Notes under the pieces: generated by a model | The model's database searches: none | Seen by the model: the letters and a program-made list of their open reading frames with translations, nothing else | Told to the model about the DNA's origin: nothing | Position numbers and translations under genes: made by a program | Shown: positions 55,245 to 58,963 of the stretch, piece by piece | Layout of the letters: each line of letters opens with the position of its first letter | How positions within the stretch are numbered: position 1 is the stretch's first letter | Origin: Candidatus Limnocylindria bacterium | Lineage (GTDB): Bacteria; Chloroflexota; Limnocylindria; QHBO01 | Length of the DNA: 58,963 nt | Direction of reading: 5' to 3' | Assembly: GCA_038253355.1 (NCBI GenBank) | Contig: JBBSHF010000002.1 | Span: 1-58,963 of the forward strand

Positions 55245-55712
55245 GTGCCCGTCGTCCGCTACGCGGTTGCGGCGTTGCTGGGCCTGGCGCTCCTGGTGGG
55301 CGTGATGCTGCTGGTCCGGCCGCTCATCTTTTCGATGGCACCCGAACGCGGCGACCAGAACTACCCGGTGGCGGCCGCCGGCGACCTCGCGCGCGGCCCC
55401 ATCGTGCGCGAGGTGCTGCTCAACCACTCGCACGGGCTGATCGGCGAGCGGCCGAACGGTCAGCACGTGGCGCTGCGCCTGGTCATCGCTCCGGGGCCGG
55501 CCGGGAACGTGACGGTGGTCGACGCGTGGAGTTCGACCCACCACTGCGCGGTCGAGATCCACGTTGATCGGCTGCGCGATTGCGCGGGCGATGCATGGAC
55601 CTTCCAGGGCATCCCGATCGTCGCCAACGGTCCGCCACTGCAGCAATTCTCGGCGGTGGTTCGATCCGGCGCGGTGGTGGCCGATCTGACACACTCGCAG
55701 CCGGCGGGCTGA
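55245..55712 (+). CDS. membrane-anchored hypothetical protein
   Basis: N-terminal TM helix followed by a beta-rich region. It starts 3 nt after the phosphoesterase stop. Confidence 0.5.
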   Translation: MPVVRYAVAALLGLALLVGVMLLVRPLIFSMAPERGDQNYPVAAAGDLARGPIVREVLLNHSHGLIGERPNGQHVALRLVIAPGPAGNVTVVDAWSSTHHCAVEIHVDRLRDCAGDAWTFQGIPIVANGPPLQQFSAVVRSGAVVADLTHSQPAG

Positions 55713-55764
55713 CGCGGCACGCATCCTGCCCAGGCGGATCGCGAACGCGCACAAGGAGAAGAGC

Positions 55765-56037
55765 ATGCCGCAGGGATTGGACTGGCTGGGCTGGATCATC
55801 ATCGGTCTGCTGGCCGGCGCCATCGCCGGCTTCTTCGTGCCGGGCCGCGAGCGTTATGGCTGCCTGGGCACGACGCTGATCGGGATCGCGGGCGGCCTCA
55901 TAGGTGGCTGGCTGTGGACGGGTCCGCTCAACCAGAGTCCGGCGACCGGCTTCCTCGGGGCGCTGCTGATCGCGATCCTGGGCTCGCTGATCGTCCTGTT
56001 CGCGATCCGCGCCCTGACCGGCCAGACGCACCACTGA
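55765..56037 (+). CDS. GlsB/YeaQ/YmgE (transglycosylase-associated) family membrane protein
   Basis: WIIIGLLAGAIAGFFVPGR...GIAGGLIGGWLW with GGAGAAG upstream. Confidence 0.8.
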   Translation: MPQGLDWLGWIIIGLLAGAIAGFFVPGRERYGCLGTTLIGIAGGLIGGWLWTGPLNQSPATGFLGALLIAILGSLIVLFAIRALTGQTHH

Positions 56038-56118
56038 GATCTGGCAGGCGGTCTGCGTGCCGAGCGATCCCGATTCGTGCGGCGCGCCGAAATGACTGCA
56101 GCGGATGGACGGATCGCA

Positions 56119-56124
56119 GAGAAT
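56119..56124 (+). promoter_or_regulatory. -10-like GAGAAT, 7 nt before the ATG at 56132
   Basis: Read directly: gcaGAGAATctgaccgATG. Confidence 0.3.
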
Positions 56125-56131
56125 CTGACCG

Positions 56132-58384
56132 ATGAACGCTCGACAGCGCCGGTCTGAGGAGCGCCCGGAGACTCGGCATACCGAGCCCACCGTGCCCGGC
56201 GCGGCTTCCGATCTGCCGCGCGATATTGTCGAGATCGAAGACCGCTATTACATCTTGGCCGCCTCGTCACTGGCCGACGAGCAGAATCGCGTCCTCAAGC
56301 AGGGCGAGACGTTCGCCGTGTTCGATCGGTACGGCGATATCAAGCCGGTTGGCCTTGGCGAGGAGGGGATCTATCACAAGGACACGCGCTTCCTGTCCGG
56401 CCTGCTGCTGCGCCTGGCTCGCGAGCGACCGATGCTGCTCAGCTCGACGATCCGCCAAGACAACGCGCTGCTGGCGGTCGACCTGACCAATCCCGACGTA
56501 TCCGACGACGACGGCGAGCTGCTCATCCCGCGCGGCACGCTGCACATCGCGCGCACCGCCTTCCTGTGGCAGGCGGTCTGCCATCAGCGCATCACGTTTC
56601 GCAACTACGGGCTGAACACCGTCAGCGTCCCGATCGAGCTGCGTTTCGATGCCGACTTCCGCGATATCTTCGAGGTGCGCGGCACCAAGCGCGAGCGTCG
56701 GGGCACCGTGCATCCCGCACAGTTCGATGGCAGCGACGTGCTGCTCGGCTATGACGGGCTCGACGGGAAGCGCCGTTCGACGCGGCTGCGCTTCAGCCCC
56801 AAGCCGGAGAAGCTGACCCACACCAGCGTTCATTATCGGGTCGAGATGGAGCCGCAGCAGGAGCTGGTGCTGGAGGTCGCCATCGCCTGCGAGGAGGTGG
56901 GCGAGCCCGTGCGACGCCCGAAGGTCGCCACCGGTCCGCAGGCGATCAGCGAGTCGCTGGCCCAGAAGCGCCGTCGCGGTGCGGATATGCAGACCACCAA
57001 CGAGCAGTTCAACGACTGGCTGCGTCGCAGCGACGCCGATCTGGCCATGATGACCACCCGCACGCCGTACGGTGACTATCCGTACGCCGGGGTGCCGTGG
57101 TTCAGCACCGTCTTCGGTCGCGACGGGATCATCACCGCACTCGAATGCCTGTGGGTCGAGCCGGTAATGGCGCGCGGCGTGCTGCGCGTCCTCGCCGCGA
57201 CCCAGGCAACATCGCTCGTGCCGGAGGAGGATGCGGAGCCGGGCAAGATCGTGCACGAGATGCGCAGGGGCGAGATGGCCAACCTGGGCGAGGTGCCCTT
57301 CGGCCGCTACTACGGCAGCGCCGACGCGACGCCGCTCTTCGTCATGCTCGCGGCGGCCTACCACCGGCGCACCAACGACCTGGCCCTGATCCGCGAGATC
57401 TGGCCGAACGTCGAGCGCGCGCTGGAGTGGATGACGAGCTATGGCGACCGCGACCACGACGGCTTCCTGGAGTACGAGCGCCAGTCCGCCAGCGGCCTCG
57501 GCAACCAGGGTTGGAAGGATTCCTACGATTCGGTCTTCCATGCCGATGGCTCGCTGGCCGAGGGTCCCATCGCGCTCGTCGAGATCCAGGGTTACGCGTA
57601 TGCCGCGCGCCGGGGAGCGGCCACCCTGGCGCGCGCGCTCGGCGACGACGCGCAGGCCGATCGGCTGGAGCGCGACGCGGAGACCGCGCGACAGCACTTC
57701 GAGGAGGCGTTCTGGCTCGAGGACCTGGGCACTTACGCCGAAGCGCTCGACGGCCAGAAACGCCCCTGCCGGGTGCGCACCTCGAATCCGGGCCACTGCC
57801 TGTACACCGGCATCGTCGACCCGGCACGCGCGGAGCGCGTCGCAGAGGGCCTGCTCTCGCCGGATGGATTCTCCGGCTGGGGCGTCCGGACGGTGGCCGC
57901 CGGCGAGCCGCGCTACAACCCGATGTCGTACCACGACGGATCGGTGTGGCCGCACGACAACGCGATGATCGCCGCCGGCATGGCGCGCTACGGCATGACT
58001 GACGCCGCGCTGCGCATCCTCGAGGCGATGTATGCCGCCAGCCTGTTCATTGACCTCCGCCGGCTGCCCGAGCTGTTCTGCGGCTTTCCGCGGCGCCACG
58101 GTGAGGGCCCCACGGCCTATCCGGTAGCCTGCTCGCCGCAGGCCTGGGCATCCGCATCGGTCTTTCTGCTGTTGGAAGCCTGCCTTGGCGTCGAGATCGA
58201 TGCCCCGGGCCGCGAGGTGCGTTTCAGCCACGCGCGTCTGCCCGATTTCGTCGAGGAGCTGTGGATCAGCGGCCTGCGCATCGGCGGCGCGACCCTCGAC
58301 CTGCTGCTGCAACGGCGCACCGACGACGTGGGCATCACGGTGCTGCACAAGCGCGGCGACGTGCAAGTGGTCGCCGTCAAATAG
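56132..58384 (+). CDS. amylo-alpha-1,6-glucosidase / glycogen-debranching-like protein (GDE_N_bis + GDE_C)
   Basis: YAGVPWFSTVFGRDGIITA, GKIVHEMRRGE, YGSADATPLF and GWKDSYDS motifs. The antisense ORF 56267..58366 is a shadow. Confidence 0.85.
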   Translation: MNARQRRSEERPETRHTEPTVPGAASDLPRDIVEIEDRYYILAASSLADEQNRVLKQGETFAVFDRYGDIKPVGLGEEGIYHKDTRFLSGLLLRLARERPMLLSSTIRQDNALLAVDLTNPDVSDDDGELLIPRGTLHIARTAFLWQAVCHQRITFRNYGLNTVSVPIELRFDADFRDIFEVRGTKRERRGTVHPAQFDGSDVLLGYDGLDGKRRSTRLRFSPKPEKLTHTSVHYRVEMEPQQELVLEVAIACEEVGEPVRRPKVATGPQAISESLAQKRRRGADMQTTNEQFNDWLRRSDADLAMMTTRTPYGDYPYAGVPWFSTVFGRDGIITALECLWVEPVMARGVLRVLAATQATSLVPEEDAEPGKIVHEMRRGEMANLGEVPFGRYYGSADATPLFVMLAAAYHRRTNDLALIREIWPNVERALEWMTSYGDRDHDGFLEYERQSASGLGNQGWKDSYDSVFHADGSLAEGPIALVEIQGYAYAARRGAATLARALGDDAQADRLERDAETARQHFEEAFWLEDLGTYAEALDGQKRPCRVRTSNPGHCLYTGIVDPARAERVAEGLLSPDGFSGWGVRTVAAGEPRYNPMSYHDGSVWPHDNAMIAAGMARYGMTDAALRILEAMYAASLFIDLRRLPELFCGFPRRHGEGPTAYPVACSPQAWASASVFLLLEACLGVEIDAPGREVRFSHARLPDFVEELWISGLRIGGATLDLLLQRRTDDVGITVLHKRGDVQVVAVK

Positions 58385-58393
58385 GCGCGCGCC

Positions 58394-58792
58394 TCACGCC
58401 TCTGCCTCCGCTGCCCTGCGGTCGTCATGGTTGCCGGACTCGTGCTCACGCACCGCATCGAGCTTCTGCTTCTCCTTGGCCAGCTCCTCCTCGTCCTCTT
58501 CCTCGGCACCGATGAAGCGGTCGCGGGCCTCGTCAAGCGAACGGATCAGCTCGTCGAGCTTGAGCTGCGTCGCCTTCGCGTCGCGGTTCTGGGTGTTCTG
58601 AATCACGAAGACCATCAGGAAGGTGATGATCGTGGTGCTGGTGTTGATCACCAGCTGCCATGTATCGCTGAACCCGAAGATCGGTCCGCTGGTAGCCCAG
58701 CCGGCGATCACCAGCAGTGCCACCAGGAAGGCCCAGGCGGACCCCAGGATCTCCGAAACCCGTGTCGCGGCATGCGCGAACCAAGCCGACAT
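58394..58792 (-). CDS. low-affinity iron permease family protein
   Basis: GPIFGFSDTWQLVINTSTTIITFLMVFVIQNTQNRDAKATQLKLDELI signature. Start set at MSAWF; the ORF extends to 58903. Confidence 0.75.
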   Translation of the reverse strand: MSAWFAHAATRVSEILGSAWAFLVALLVIAGWATSGPIFGFSDTWQLVINTSTTIITFLMVFVIQNTQNRDAKATQLKLDELIRSLDEARDRFIGAEEEDEEELAKEKQKLDAVREHESGNHDDRRAAEAEA

Positions 58793-58963
58793 GCCGCCCC
58801 TGGTGCTGTCGTGCCGCGCTTCGCTCGCGCGCTCCTGACCAGTGGCGGCCGCGGTTTCCGTGTCGCCGTCTGTGCGTGCTCCCACGAGCTGGCGCTCAAG
58901 CACTGAGCGTGCCAGCGACGGATGAGCGCGGGTTCAGTGAGATTCCGTAGGAGATTTGAGACA

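Noticed and set aside
56267-58366. 699-aa minus-strand ORF antisense to the GDE-like gene; similar long shadows at 39883-41643, 38787-40415, 36064-37497, 21832-23256, 23734-25134, 41752-43062, 43739-45115, 54600-55823 and 15648-16730
   Set aside because: Each is antisense to a gene with strong family motifs, is Arg/Gly/His/Gln-rich, and has no domain signatures. All are artefacts of the scarcity of stop codons in GC-rich DNA.
1-58963. tRNA, rRNA, tmRNA or other abundant structured RNA genes
   Set aside because: All gaps longer than ~100 nt were read on both strands. None shows a cloverleaf-type GTTCGAATC / T-loop context or rRNA-like sequence. Coding density leaves little room.

Overview
Very GC-rich, densely coding bacterial chromosomal segment, mostly housekeeping. 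Its LCP protein, PASTA Ser/Thr kinase, PBP1A and M23 hydrolase give it an Actinomycetota/Chloroflexota-like feel. I recognise about 55 protein genes. They include an ALDH pair, an NRAMP-related transporter with a soluble MgtE-type partner, PolX, CsoR, two PIG-L deacetylases and an ABC exporter. Also present are a BMP-type nucleoside ABC importer flanked by two adenosine deaminase paralogs, PepA, GlgC, NAPRTase, a sugar ABC importer and a GDE-type glucosidase. I saw no rRNA, tRNA, CRISPR array, transposase or integrase. Many long ORFs in the track are antisense shadows caused by high GC. The most unusual loci are these. (1) A promoter-to-terminator two-gene module at 9037-12702: a TPR/acidic-tail protein plus a 932-aa Zn-ribbon methyltransferase-like protein with an apparently degenerate catalytic motif and a C-terminal endonuclease-like core. 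(2) An XRE-HTH/nuclease-like gene (1470-2156) bracketed by two ~190-nt near-identical direct repeats full of CATTC-N6-GAATG palindromes, next to an 8-9-nt minisatellite. (3) An NRAMP-related transporter with Mg-type site substitutions, translationally coupled to a PRC/MgtE_N/CBS protein and preceded by a ~230-nt leader. (4) Operator-like palindromes at the CGNR and polX promoters. (5) A topoisomerase IB pseudogene. Most operon heads have a TANNNT box 6-10 nt before the start codon, which suggests leaderless mRNAs. All functional calls come from motif recognition by eye and need database confirmation.
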